Shown here: in pieces, positions 37,192 to 47,687 of the stretch
Layout: each line of letters begins with the position of its first letter
Position numbering within the stretch: position 1 is the first letter of the stretch
Source: a virus
Lineage: Duplodnaviria; Heunggongvirae; Uroviricota; Caudoviricetes
Length of the DNA stretch: 64,000 nucleotides
Virus record (IMG/VR): IMGVR_UViG_3300020109_000007
Coordinates: 47,463-111,462 of that record
Direction: 5' to 3' (one strand)
Translations under genes and position numbers: made by a program
The notes under the pieces: generated by a model
The model's input: the letters and a program-made list of their open reading frames with translations, nothing else
What the model was told of the DNA's origin: nothing
Databases searched by the model: none

Positions 37192-37744
37192 GATGAGCAG
37201 AGCATCAGAAATTGCGGCAGAACTGCTAGAAAGCCGACCCGCCTTAAAGGCGAGTCTAACAGGCTCTAGAGCTGAACAGGTATACGCTTTTCATACTCTC
37301 TACGACTGTCCTATTCATAAAGGACGAGTCACTAGACAGATAGAGCATATGTCTGATGATAGAATTGCACTTCGATTAGGTCTAATTGTAGAGGAGCTAA
37401 AGGAGCTTCTCGAAGATGGATTTGGTATCAAGACTGAAATGCGATTCTACAACAACAAGAATCTAATCGGGTGGTCTGATACAAGCAAAATGATGCAGCT
37501 CTCTACTAAGAGAGACATTGTAGGGGCGAGCGATGCTCTTGCAGATTTATCCTACGTCATTGACGGATTTGCATTAGAAATGGGCGTAAATCTGGACGAA
37601 GTAATCAACGAGGTTCATGCTAGCAACATGACGAAGCCCGACGAGAACGGGCAGCCTATCTACAGGGCAGACGGTAAGGTTCTAAAGGGGCCTAGCTATG
37701 TAGAACCAAATATTGAAGACTGTATCTTTAAGAAAGACAATTAA
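37192..37744 (+). CDS. MazG-like nucleoside triphosphate pyrophosphohydrolase
   Basis: RLGLIVEELKELLED....E..D..D..YV....A...G..L..VINEVHASNMTK. The start is taken at MSRASEIAAELL. Confidence 0.5.
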
Positions 37745-37935
37745 TGTACGTTGAAGTAAGAAACAATAATGTTGATCGAGCCATTAGACTTCTGAAGAAG
37801 AAGATGGCAGATGAAGGAATCTTTCAAGAGTTGAGAGAGCGCCAGCATTATGAAAAGCCATCTGATCGCAAGAGAAGACTGAAGAGAGCCGCAATTGTAA
37901 GACACGCTAAGGCTCAGCGAGAGAGGCAGGAATAA
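37744..37935 (+). CDS. rpsU: Ribosomal protein bS21 homologue
   Basis: MYVEVRNNNVDRAIRLLKKK....G...ELRERQHYEKPSDRKRRLKRAAIVRHAK aligns along the whole length with bacterial S21 (VKVREN..DVALRRFKR...YEKPT.ERKR....AV.RHAK). An intrinsic terminator follows. Confidence 0.75.
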   Translation: MYVEVRNNNVDRAIRLLKKKMADEGIFQELRERQHYEKPSDRKRRLKRAAIVRHAKAQRERQE

Positions 37936-37939
37936 AAGA

Positions 37940-37978
37940 AAAGAGCCAAGCTTTCTAGCTTGGCTCTTATTTTTATTT
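37940..37978 (+). terminator. Rho-independent terminator
   Basis: agagccaagctttctagcttggctctt followed by attttt. Confidence 0.6.
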
Positions 37979-38806
37979 ATCCATGTTAAGAACATCTTTT
38001 TCAAATACTTCAGTATTGCCACTTGATATAAAATCACAATAGGATCTATTTTCGATATACTTTTCTAGTATTATCTTTTCTTCATTTTTAGCTTCTCTTC
38101 CTGTGTCAAAATACTTCTCTAATAAAACTTTGACTAAAAACCTACGATCATGGCTGAATCTTTTCAACACAGTTCTACCTGTTATACCCACTTTATAATA
38201 AGTAGATATGCCGTCTGATAATTTTACATAGTATAAAATTGTAGGTTTATCTAAGTTTAAAGTATAGTCGGCACATTCAGGGCAACCTGTATTAGAGGTT
38301 AATATTTGATGAGGTTTTACCTTCCATGTATGACCTTTAGGGCACTCATGTAATATAGGAGTCCTGGAGTTTATATAAGTTTCAATAGGGAAGGCTTCAC
38401 TTTGTAACTCAAATAACATACTTTCATATGTTTTATGACTTAATTCCAACTTAGGAGCTTTTAAATTTAAAAAACCCGCTTTAGCTGTTATAGCTTTATA
38501 GGTTCTACCATGTAACAATTTTATACACTCTTTGGGGCCTAAACTAGAGTAATTAGCTATCAGTAAAGCGATTTCTTTCTCAGACCAACTTTGAGAATTA
38601 GGGTTGATCATTTTTAACCCTAATTTACTAGCTTTGACTGCTACAGCTTTATTACTCCTGTTTAATACCTTAGCGCAGTATTCCACACCCTTGAGCGGGT
38701 AGTTTGTGATGAAAAACTCTAAATCTTCTGTGGACCATAACTTAGACATAAAGTGTATTATAACAGAAAGTTTCACTGTTGTCAAGAGTTTTCGATAGGA
38801 AACCAA
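37973..38806 (-). CDS. GIY-YIG-like (T5orf172-type) putative homing endonuclease with SANT-like N-domain and Zn-ribbon
   Basis: HECPKGHTWKVKPHQILTSNTGCPEC, ILYYVKL...YYKVGITGR and SSGNTEVFE. Confidence 0.5.
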   Translation of the reverse strand: MVSYRKLLTTVKLSVIIHFMSKLWSTEDLEFFITNYPLKGVEYCAKVLNRSNKAVAVKASKLGLKMINPNSQSWSEKEIALLIANYSSLGPKECIKLLHGRTYKAITAKAGFLNLKAPKLELSHKTYESMLFELQSEAFPIETYINSRTPILHECPKGHTWKVKPHQILTSNTGCPECADYTLNLDKPTILYYVKLSDGISTYYKVGITGRTVLKRFSHDRRFLVKVLLEKYFDTGREAKNEEKIILEKYIENRSYCDFISSGNTEVFEKDVLNMDK

Positions 38807-38814
38807 AATTAATA

Positions 38815-39147
38815 ATGACTGACTTACCTCCCCAACAAGTTCAATGTATAGCTGAAGTAATATATGCTGAGGCCAGAGGTGAATCTATAATTGGCCAAAG
38901 AGCTGTCGGACACGTTATTTTGAATAGAAGTAGACGTAATGGCAGAACCCCTTGTCAAGTAATAGCTAGACCTAATCAATTTCATAGAGTCAGAGTTAAC
39001 TATGCTTCTGAAGCTTGGAGAGTTGCTCAAAGGTTAGCTAGAAACTTAGGCGAAGATATAACACTAGGAGCCTTGTACTTTAACCCCGGATCAGTCCGAA
39101 GGTACACGTACACAGTTACAATTGGAAACCATAGGTTCTATAAGTAA
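38815..39147 (+). CDS. SleB/CwlJ-like cell-wall hydrolase
   Basis: IAEVIYAEARGES..GQ.AV.HVILNR hydrolase_2-type motif. The start is taken at MTDLPP. Confidence 0.6.
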   Translation: MTDLPPQQVQCIAEVIYAEARGESIIGQRAVGHVILNRSRRNGRTPCQVIARPNQFHRVRVNYASEAWRVAQRLARNLGEDITLGALYFNPGSVRRYTYTVTIGNHRFYK

Positions 39148-39181
39148 AGGGAGGGAGTCAGTAGACTCCCTCCCTTTTTAG
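39147..39181. terminator. Bidirectional intrinsic terminator
   Basis: gggagggagtcagtagactccctccc flanked by A/T runs, between convergent genes. Confidence 0.55.
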
Positions 39182-39667
39182 TAGGTTAACAACTTCAGAC
39201 CCAGTCATTTCATCTAGATCCACTGGAGATTGAAAACCTCCTAGACTCTGAGCGAACTTAGCGCCCGCGGCGTCAGCGTCTCCGATTGCTGTTATCGGTC
39301 GTTGTAACAAACCTAACTGTCCTTTGTGTTGACGAGTTTCCGAGCCCATTAACGAGATAGCAGATAGACCAAGAGAGTGTAGCTTAGTAGCCTTAAACAC
39401 ACCTTCGACCAGATAAACTCGCTTAGTCCAGTGAAGAGAATTAAGTCCAAAATATCCAGTGACTTTTCTAGGTAGATATGTAAAATATCGCGCCATCTTT
39501 ACATTCTTATGGTTTCTCTCTGCAAACGGACGATAGTTCTGATAGCCGACCAGCTTACCTGAAAAGTCTCGCAACATAAACACGACCATTTCATCAGAGA
39601 CTACAATATCTCTATCATTCCAGTATAAGCATCCCCTATCTAGAAGATGCAACTCATTCTCAGTCAT
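39158..39667 (-). CDS. Hypothetical protein (possible TOPRIM-like)
   Basis: VYLVEGVFKATKL...AISLMGSE. Confidence 0.3.
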   Translation of the reverse strand: MTENELHLLDRGCLYWNDRDIVVSDEMVVFMLRDFSGKLVGYQNYRPFAERNHKNVKMARYFTYLPRKVTGYFGLNSLHWTKRVYLVEGVFKATKLHSLGLSAISLMGSETRQHKGQLGLLQRPITAIGDADAAGAKFAQSLGGFQSPVDLDEMTGSEVVNLLKREGVY

Positions 39668-40081
39668 AACATTCTCCTAAATAGAAAAGGGCTGACACGA
39701 ATGCCAGCCCTAACGCTAGTGAGTCAAATGATTACTCACCTCTTTTCTTAGTTTCCGCGACCCGCCAGCGTTTTCTAGTGCTGTACCAAGAGACTTGGCT
39801 TGGACTCTTCACACGTCCACATCTAGCGCACTTAAGCTGATGTTGCCAATCCCTTCCGCCAAGGTAAACAAAATCTCGCTTGTAATCATGAATACCTAGC
39901 AGACAAAGCAACTTCTTCATATTATTCCTTAATTGGTGGCAGTCCCTTCCTACTGCTACCTTACCGGCCTGTACACAGCCGCCTATCCGATCACTAACGT
40001 GGCTTGACTCGGTGACACACCTCGCTGTTCACTACGCCAGACCTTATCGTTGTCTTTAGCCAATAGGCCCACGTTTAGCCG

Positions 40082-40702
40082 CTAAGCCAAATTTAGCACA
40101 TCCGTCTCAAATAACTCAGTGTTTCCTCCTGATTTAAGGAAGTCTTTAATAGTTATTCTTGGATATGACTTTAATATTTCTCTTTCTAGTATAAGAGCAT
40201 CATAACCTAAATCAAACTTTATTTGTCTTATGGACTCAATCAGTTTATCTCTGTCTGCATGGAAGCGTTCATCTACAGAGTTATTAGTAACCCCTATTTT
40301 ATAATAGGTCAGGTTTTCATGAGTTATTTTAATATAGTATAGAATTGCAGGTTTATTTGGATCAAATCCGTTTTTAGAGCAGGTTGGACAACCTCTACCT
40401 TCCAAAACATGTTTTGGTCTAACTAACCATCTATGGGAGCGACTACATTCATGTAATATAGGTGTTTTGTTATTTACATAACGCTCCATAGGGAAACATT
40501 CGGACTGTATTTCATCTAATTTATTCTCATAATCTTCATGAGATAATAGAGTCCCTGGGCCCACTAACCCTAGTACTTCTGCTTTTCTAGCAATAGACTT
40601 TTGTGTTCTGTTTAGAACTTCTGAACATTGTTTATAACCTACAATAGGATAGTGTTGTGTCAAGTATGAGATTTCTTCTTGGGACCATAATTTTCTTGTC
40701 AT
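40082..40702 (-). CDS. GIY-YIG-like (T5orf172-type) putative homing endonuclease with SANT-like N-domain
   Basis: RKLWSQEEISYL, HECSRSHRWLVRPKHVLEGRGCPTC, ILYYIKI...YYKIGVT and KSGGNTELFE. Confidence 0.5.
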   Translation of the reverse strand: MTRKLWSQEEISYLTQHYPIVGYKQCSEVLNRTQKSIARKAEVLGLVGPGTLLSHEDYENKLDEIQSECFPMERYVNNKTPILHECSRSHRWLVRPKHVLEGRGCPTCSKNGFDPNKPAILYYIKITHENLTYYKIGVTNNSVDERFHADRDKLIESIRQIKFDLGYDALILEREILKSYPRITIKDFLKSGGNTELFETDVLNLA

Positions 40703-41290
40703 AAATAATTATAACAAAATTTATGGGGCATGTCAACCAAAAACTATACCTACAAGTATTTTTATCGCGCCCACACACCCCGTCCTCCGTGTGTAAGTAT
40801 CCCTGACGATGCCCAGGGCCATTCCGATATGAAGGTGGAGCGCATCTTTTCTAGTAATTAAAAAATTATAGGGCGTCTCTCTACACGCTGCCGCCACAGC
40901 AGCGAACCCGATTTTTCGCGTGGCGAACACTTTAATCCGGCTAAACGGTCACGCGCACCTTTTAACGAGCAGGCTATTACGCTTGGTTCTACCCTAAACC
41001 AAGAAGATGGGCTGGATGCTCCTTTTCGTGTCAAATCCAGCAACACTAGAACCCAATAGGGTTCTGACCAACTGAGTCGATGGGCAGCGAGAACAAATTA
41101 TCGCCACACTTTTTCTCGCTCAGAGGTATCGCTCTACCAGCTCGTCGATCAGGACGGCTTCCTCATCAGAGATAAAAGCCTTAGTGCCGTGTCGAAGATA
41201 CTGCTCAACTTCTTCTGCAGAAAGATCAGAAGAACCATAATCTCGGTTCATCACTCGTGCAATCTTGTCGTACATGAAAGACTCCTTTCC

Positions 41291-41340
41291 GCTCTTGATA
41301 CAGTCATTATATAAAAAGAAAGGCTAGAAGTCAAGATCTA
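41291..41340 (-). promoter_or_regulatory. Conserved sigma70-type promoter
   Basis: gctcttgat...cattata...agtcaagatct. Confidence 0.5.
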
Positions 41341-41651
41341 AATTCAGTCTTGGTTCCACTCATCGCGCAAAAGATTGATGAAGTCGACTAGAGCATTATC
41401 CGCCCAGGCATCGTCTCCGGCTAGGATTCGTGCAACTCCTTCGTCTGAAAGATAGAACTCCTCGTTATGGAGTTCTTGCTTAATCCAGTTTAGCTGTTCC
41501 ACGCTTATACTTCTCATTATATTCATCAAAATACATCTCTACCTCTGATACGAGGCTCTCGGGCTTTGTAATATTGCCCAGTAATACGTCATACACGTCA
41601 TCGGGATTCAGGTCAGCCTGCTTTGCAATCCACAGCGCAGCCTCTCCTAAC

Positions 41652-41972
41652 TTAACCATTGAGTCCCTCCATTAAGTCCTGAATACCATCGCGAAGCTTC
41701 TTTAGGTCCTGTTTTCCACTCTTAGCGAGAGTTGGCACGTCGATGCCAAGCCATGCGCTAATCTGAAGGACCATCTCTTCTTTCTTCTCGACAGGTTCCC
41801 CTGTTTTGGTCAATCGTTCCGGCGTCTTGTAAACGCCTTCACTAGAAAGCTTTGCGATGATGGACTTTACGCTTTTACCAGTACGCTCTGCGATTGCAGC
41901 TACTGTATCTTTAGAAGGGTTAGCTTCATACTCGGCTACAATGGATTCTGTTAACTCATCTGTGTAATTCAC
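41652..41972 (-). CDS. Hypothetical protein with HeH-like motif
   Basis: IAERTGKSVKSIIAKL. Confidence 0.3.
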   Translation of the reverse strand: MNYTDELTESIVAEYEANPSKDTVAAIAERTGKSVKSIIAKLSSEGVYKTPERLTKTGEPVEKKEEMVLQISAWLGIDVPTLAKSGKQDLKKLRDGIQDLMEGLNG

Positions 41973-42391
41973 CTCTTATTCTCCCACATATAGGTTATAT
42001 AACCTTCCATTGCGCGAGCCTCCATCTCCCACGGAGATAGGAAATATTTTTCGTCATACTCGTCAGAATTATCAAACAATTCTCCCTTCCACAGTCTCTT
42101 TCCAAGCTGCGAAACATCCACGAGTTCGCCATGCTTAAACTGTCGAAGATGAGTCATCTCATGAGCTACATGAGTTATTAGATCCTGCTTAGGGAGACCT
42201 TTTTGAATTTCGAGTATGAAGCAGCCATTATTATATTTCTGACAATTACTTGCTTGTTCAGTCCATCGCATATAAGCTGTAAAGCACTCCACATGCAGTA
42301 AGCGCGCCGAAAACTCAGCGCGCTTTACTAACTTTCGAGGACCCTTAATCAGCATCGTCGTCATAGAACTTAATAGGCGAATGACTATCAA
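41969..42391 (-). CDS. Hypothetical protein with HExxH zinc-metallopeptidase-like motif
   Basis: HVAHEMTHLRQF. Confidence 0.3.
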   Translation of the reverse strand: MIVIRLLSSMTTMLIKGPRKLVKRAEFSARLLHVECFTAYMRWTEQASNCQKYNNGCFILEIQKGLPKQDLITHVAHEMTHLRQFKHGELVDVSQLGKRLWKGELFDNSDEYDEKYFLSPWEMEARAMEGYITYMWENKR

Positions 42392-42717
42392 TGGCCTCGA
42401 TTAGATCACCCAAAAGCTCATCCTCTTCACCATCTAGAGTACGAATCTCGTAAATCTTGCGAAGAAGTACTCCCAAATACTCTGCCTCATCAAACGAAAA
42501 GAGTGTAGGATCAATTACAGTCTGTACAGGCACGTTAAAATCTCCTTTTCTTGAGGTCACATTATAAAGTAGATCAGAAGGTCAGTCAACAACTTAATTT
42601 AACAGAGCTAAAATCACCATCGCGATAAGTAGTCCTACAATAGGATAGTAAATATAGTCGTCTGTTGCTGTCCAGCGAGGTGAGAAGTCAATATTGCAGA
42701 TAGTGTCAATCATACGA

Positions 42718-43197
42718 TTAATCATTTTTAGTCTCCTTCTGTGCGAGAGCGGCGCGGTTCCTGAATTGCACGTCGGCGATATATCCGAGTGTCCCAAACC
42801 GACCGATCCGTGCCCGGCTTTCTTCTACGTGCGTCTCGCCACAAAGGTCATGAGCATAGACGTGAAGCCAATCATCCAACGCTGTGACCGAGCACTCCAA
42901 CGCCTCCCGCAGCCGCACATTCTCCCGCTCCACCTCATCGACCGATCGCGCGGGATGGGGCGGGGTTGTGCGGCGGTTCCAGGTTTCCGCTAGCAGCGGG
43001 CGCGGATCATCGCCGCAAGCATAGCGAAGACCAGTTGATGCCCCGCAAAGCTGGTGAGGGCATTGGATAAAATGTCCACCATGATCTGGACTGTCGGGAT
43101 CGTCGACATATCCAAACACCGGGTCGTCCCCGCCACAGAACGGACACGGCTTCAGCGTTTTCTGTTCATTATTCAGTGTCATTTCAATCTCCAGGCC
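42718..43197 (-). CDS. Lar-family restriction alleviation-like protein, GC-rich insert
   Basis: LKPCPFCGGDDP...C..C....G...A...AETWNRRTT matches the Lar Zn-ribbon N-terminus. The C-terminal two-thirds is markedly GC-rich. The start is reassigned to MTLNNEQ, which has a GGAG RBS. Confidence 0.5.
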   Translation of the reverse strand, partial: GLEIEMTLNNEQKTLKPCPFCGGDDPVFGYVDDPDSPDHGGHFIQCPHQLCGASTGLRYACGDDPRPLLAETWNRRTTPPHPARSVDEVERENVRLREALECSVTALDDWLHVYAHDLCGETHVEESRARIGRFGTLGYIADVQFRNRAALAQKETKND

Positions 43198-43225
43198 CTC
43201 AGTATATTGCAACTGAGGGCTTATA

Positions 43226-44020
43226 TTAATTTGAGAGAAACGGAATAGGAGCCTGACTCCCCAGATATTGAGGTAGTTCGCCGTTCCACGTTTCAATAGC
43301 ACGCTGCTTTAGAATCTCAGGGTTGGCACGAAGTGCCGCAGCTTCAATTTCAGTTGCTTCAGCAAGACCCCGGGCCTCGGCAATACGAGCACGTGAGTTT
43401 GCCTCTACCGTAGCGACGTTAGCCTCAGCTGCAAGAGCCTCCTGCTCGTTCTTAATCTTCATGTTAATCTGATTGAGAATGGTCTCTGGAATCTGAATAG
43501 AGCCTGCCCAATAAAGTTGCTCAACGTGAAGACCAAAAGGCTCAAAGTAAGCACGAACCGTTTGCAGAGCCTTATTAATCAGGACCGTCTTACCTGGCCC
43601 GTAGATTTCCTCTACAGTCATGTTGGAAGCAGCCTCTACGAGAGCAGATCGAACTGCGTTGCGAAGGGGTCCATTAACGATTCCCTCCATATCTGTTCGG
43701 TATTTCTGAAACAGAACAGGAGCCTTTACTGGGTCCACTCGATAGGCAACAGAGACGTCCCCAGACACGATCAAACCACTGCGATCCTGAAAGCTGAAGG
43801 TCTCTTCGCCTGCCCAAGCATGAGTGCTAGTATAGATGGGATACTCATAAATATCCACGCCGAACATAGTCTGATAAGTGCCTACGCCTAGCGCCTGCTC
43901 CTGCACACCAGCACCGGAACCGTAACGGTTCACCTTAACACCGACGTGACCAGGGTCAACTCGTGTACACGCTCCCAGAGCCAGAGCGGACAGGGCAAGT
44001 AGAATAACCTTGTTCTTCAA
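43226..44020 (-). CDS. SPFH/band-7 family lipoprotein
   Basis: Lipobox LALGAC, band-7 core and a C-terminal coiled coil rich in A/E. Confidence 0.65.
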   Translation of the reverse strand: MKNKVILLALSALALGACTRVDPGHVGVKVNRYGSGAGVQEQALGVGTYQTMFGVDIYEYPIYTSTHAWAGEETFSFQDRSGLIVSGDVSVAYRVDPVKAPVLFQKYRTDMEGIVNGPLRNAVRSALVEAASNMTVEEIYGPGKTVLINKALQTVRAYFEPFGLHVEQLYWAGSIQIPETILNQINMKIKNEQEALAAEANVATVEANSRARIAEARGLAEATEIEAAALRANPEILKQRAIETWNGELPQYLGSQAPIPFLSN

Positions 44021-44347
44021 TTCAAATACTCCTTAAATACAATGTAGTCAAAAGTTGCTAGTAGGCCCGCACCGATGAAAACTCCAATCAGTGCTAGGTC
44101 ATTTTGCAAGTTAATCAAATAGGGTACACCAAAAAAGGTCAACAATACATTAATTACGATAGTTACGTATAAAATCCAAGCTTTACTCATTTACCTTCCC
44201 ATTCTATCTGGATTGGTGATCCAGCTATAATCTAATGCGATCTTACTTAGTTTTTCATTTTCTTTTTGAAGCTCTTTGATGAACTTTACGATCTGCTCAA
44301 CGTCCGTTAGTTCTTTGCCTGGGTGCCAAGGCTGCTCATAATCCTCC

Positions 44348-44800
44348 TTAGCTTGCCGAAACAGTCTTGTCAAAGCGTCGTTCACTCTTAGTCTCCAACG
44401 GAGGAATAGTGCTAATAGTAACGGCGTAAACTGCAAATAGAAGTAGCATATGGCCTACAAGAAAGAAAATATTCGTTACAGGATCGACAATTGTTGCCAA
44501 AATCTGCAGCCAAGCCAAGAAGAAGAACACTAACCTAACTATAAGATCAAAAGTACTATCAGCAGGTATAAACATAGACTGAAAATAATGTGCTTGAGCT
44601 AGTGTAAACACGAACATACCTGCAGCCACTATCAACCAAATAGTACCCCCCGAGACAACAGCATCTGCAAAGCAGAAGAGCCACCCTAAAGATAAGGCTT
44701 CTCGGGCAAACTTATACTGATTCCAGTTTAGCGCCTGACACGCTCGAATAATAAGAGGATGAAACAGTGTTTTCCCTACCCAGGCGTCAAAGGATCTCAT
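44348..44800 (-). CDS. Multi-pass membrane protein
   Basis: Four hydrophobic segments. Confidence 0.35.
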   Translation of the reverse strand: MRSFDAWVGKTLFHPLIIRACQALNWNQYKFAREALSLGWLFCFADAVVSGGTIWLIVAAGMFVFTLAQAHYFQSMFIPADSTFDLIVRLVFFFLAWLQILATIVDPVTNIFFLVGHMLLLFAVYAVTISTIPPLETKSERRFDKTVSAS

Positions 44801-45206
44801 TTTTAAGTGTCTCCAAAGCTTTGAGTTCGCTACCCTGCAAGAACTCGTCGTCGATCGGACCTAGCCCAACAGCCGTAGTAGTAGTGCAATCAAAAACTGT
44901 ATATCCGCAGTCATCTACGATAGTAGCTCCCATATATGGGAGGTACTTCTCGTAAAGCCGCTCTAGGTCCTGCACCGTATCTACGACTAGCGTAATCTTA
45001 CGAGCGTCATTTCCTCTACGGTAATCGTGCATAAGCTGGCAATACGCCTCATCGCCCCACCAGTTTCTATCAGTATCCCAGCCGAAACGATCCTCGGCGT
45101 CCCACCAAGCATGAAGAAAAGCGTGTCCCGCCTGAGCAGCCAGCTTTCCCTCATACTTCATCTTTCGAAGAGTCTCGCGACAAAAGATAGCGTACATCTT
45201 AATCAT
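44787..45206 (-). CDS. Peptidyl-tRNA hydrolase PTH2-like
   Basis: GKLAAQAGHAFLHAW and C-terminal LVVDT...G.T..TAVGLGP. Confidence 0.5.
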   Translation of the reverse strand: MIKMYAIFCRETLRKMKYEGKLAAQAGHAFLHAWWDAEDRFGWDTDRNWWGDEAYCQLMHDYRRGNDARKITLVVDTVQDLERLYEKYLPYMGATIVDDCGYTVFDCTTTTAVGLGPIDDEFLQGSELKALETLKNEIL

Positions 45207-45472
45207 CTAGTAACTCCTGCAGGACGCTTTGGGCCAACTTCACTGATTTCGACGACTCCATCGAGAGGTTGTCCCGTCTCGTCATAGAAGGTAAGTCCAT
45301 AGGCTCGCGCATCCAGAAGGGTCTTCCGCCGTCTCTCATATGGACGCTGTCCCAAGATGGCCTGAGCCATATCGCTGTCGGAACCGTAAGCGCTAATGAT
45401 GCTTCGTGCGAGGTCACTAGTGATGCCCTTTAGTTGCTTTTCATTCTGAAGTCGAATCTTGGCGTTTTCTGC

Positions 45473-45886
45473 CTATTGAAGCTTAGTGATTACAGCCTTA
45501 GCAAAAACTTCTACTTCTTTGAGTTCAGTATAGCTAGACTGACCGTCGATGTAATAAATCACAGTATTCTTGATATGTGTTCTACCACCATCAATAGGAG
45601 TTCTAAAATATTGAGTGATAGCTAGACGTATACCGAGCTTCTTATTTTGAATAGTATATCTATCCTGACTGGAATACAGGCTTCCCGTCCTAATATTTCT
45701 ATGAGTCTGCATAGACCAGTCATCTGGATAATCTTCAATACTACTTAGAATAAGTTGTTGAAGATCAGTGAACTCAGGCTTTTTAATGAAATTCTCCTGC
45801 ACAACGTCGGAGTCGTCGAAAAGGTAATATTTACCTAGCAGACCAAATAGGCAAGCGGCCCCCGCAAAGCCGATCTCAAAAAGCAT
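45473..45886 (-). CDS. Hypothetical protein
   Basis: 137-aa ORF. Confidence 0.3.
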   Translation of the reverse strand: MLFEIGFAGAACLFGLLGKYYLFDDSDVVQENFIKKPEFTDLQQLILSSIEDYPDDWSMQTHRNIRTGSLYSSQDRYTIQNKKLGIRLAITQYFRTPIDGGRTHIKNTVIYYIDGQSSYTELKEVEVFAKAVITKLQ

Positions 45887-45965
45887 AGATAGATTTCCTT
45901 CTTTGTTGGCTCATTATACAAAGAAAAGGCGACTGAGTCAACAGTCGCCTTCAAGAATGCTAAAA

Positions 45966-46477
45966 TTACTTGGTGAATTTCTTAGCTATGGCTGTTGTAG
46001 ACTTGTCTACTCCACTCATAAATAGAGTGAGCGCTAAGATACCTAGAAGGGTAGGAACAGAAATAGGCCAAAAGGCAGAAATCCAAAAAATATAGCCTCC
46101 CTCATTCACAACATAGCCATTACCTCTTTCATGTTGATCGTGCTTTTCAAAAATAATGGATACAAAAGCGGTCAGACACGCCATACACACATAAGAAGTA
46201 ATATAGAGCCACATTATGAGATTCTCTTTGCCAAAGTAAAAGCGAGGTTATCCATTCTGCTGCACAGAAAAGAAAAACCATAGACTACGACCATACCCGG
46301 AATAATTATAGGCCACATAATTGCAGGAAACAGTACATCTGGGTCAGTCCAATCGGAAGACTGAGACGCGCAACTTTCTCCATGCCGAGCCAACGTCTTC
46401 TTCTTTTGAAGAACTACAGCCATAAAGGCTGTAAGCATGGCCATAGAGAAGTAAGAAATTATAATAAGCAAAATCAT
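45966..46477 (-). CDS. Two adjacent small membrane proteins (45966..46214 and 46214..46477)
   Basis: Each has two TM segments and similar topology. Confidence 0.3.
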
Positions 46478-46896
46478 GTCAGCAACCTCACGTCTAGATC
46501 GGGGTAAAAGGACCGCAGCAAAGATCGAGTCTTACGAGCCGCCATTTCGGCTCCTACAAAGCTAGAGATTTCCTGGGAGAAATGCGGACCTGCAGAGGCA
46601 TATCGGGAGTCAAAACCGTCAATATAATACTTCCACTCTCCCTCGTCATACTCCAGAGCAATCTTCTTCGCACCCTTTGCCGGAAAGTGAGCAGTAGTAT
46701 CACTGATACTCCACTCATCTGGCTGATTTCGAAGATAGTCTAGAATGAGGTTAAGATTGGTTGCGTCTACACGACGCTGTCCCTTAGTGTAAAGCTCCCA
46801 GCGGTTACGAACGAAGTTCGTTGGCAGGAGAATTATAGTCATGATAATAGACCATAGAACGATAGGAATTAGTAGTAGCAAACTAATCGAAAACAC
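46474..46896 (-). CDS. Membrane-anchored hypothetical protein
   Basis: N-terminal TM, 140 aa. Confidence 0.3.
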   Translation of the reverse strand: MFSISLLLLIPIVLWSIIMTIILLPTNFVRNRWELYTKGQRRVDATNLNLILDYLRNQPDEWSISDTTAHFPAKGAKKIALEYDEGEWKYYIDGFDSRYASAGPHFSQEISSFVGAEMAARKTRSLLRSFYPDLDVRLLT

Positions 46897-47380
46897 TCTT
46901 TGATCTCCTCATCATTTCATCTTCTATTGCTTCTAGCACTTCTAGCGGCGTCATATCTTGAGAGATAATTTGTTTGTCAATCTCAAGACGATATGCAGCC
47001 TTTCGCCAAAAGTCAAGACCATTGGCAATGGGTCTCAGATAAATCTGTATCTTCATCGCTTGACTGAATTAAGAATAATCCACGATCCAGATACTAGAGC
47101 TAGGACGATCGCCGGAATAGGCTGAACCGTAACAGGCACACTAAATACTAGCAGACATACTAGTAGAAAGAGTACGAGAGTGGCAACGAACCCGAAAGCC
47201 TGAGCAGAAAAGTAAAAGAACTCGTTCATAGAACACCCACTACAATATATTCACTCTTGATAGAAGCACCTCGAAGATATACGAGGTCCTGACGAAGTTT
47301 CCACAGCTTATCGTCTACGCAATGAACGGCCCAGTCTAGATCGCTCGAAGAAGTTTTAGAACGATAAAGAATCATATACA

Positions 47381-47641
47381 TTATTCATCGTCCTCCGAGT
47401 AAAAACTACTCGTCACTTCATCGTAACCTTCCCAGTTATCCACGCCACACATTTCAAGCTGTGTAAGAAACTTATCACGCTCCTGAAGACGATAAAACTC
47501 TTCCAGAAGGGTTCGGGCTCCGGGGTGTTTTGCGCTGGCAGTTTGAATAAGTTCCTGCAAATCTTTCAGCTCGCCTGGCAGAATGACTGCGAGAGTTCCA
47601 TTCTTAAACTCCCACATAGCAAGTGCTTGAAGAATATTCAT
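47381..47641 (-). CDS. Hypothetical protein
   Basis: 86-aa ORF. Confidence 0.3.
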   Translation of the reverse strand: MNILQALAMWEFKNGTLAVILPGELKDLQELIQTASAKHPGARTLLEEFYRLQERDKFLTQLEMCGVDNWEGYDEVTSSFYSEDDE

Positions 47642-47687
47642 GATTTCTCCTCTTGATAAGTCATATTAAGCCAAACGAGCCGACGAG

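Noticed and set aside
40703-41343. ~640-nt region with only weak ORFs (40733..40930, 40858..41046) and several GC hairpins
   Set aside because: No recognisable RNA family or protein motif. Could be a decayed gene. Not enough evidence to call.
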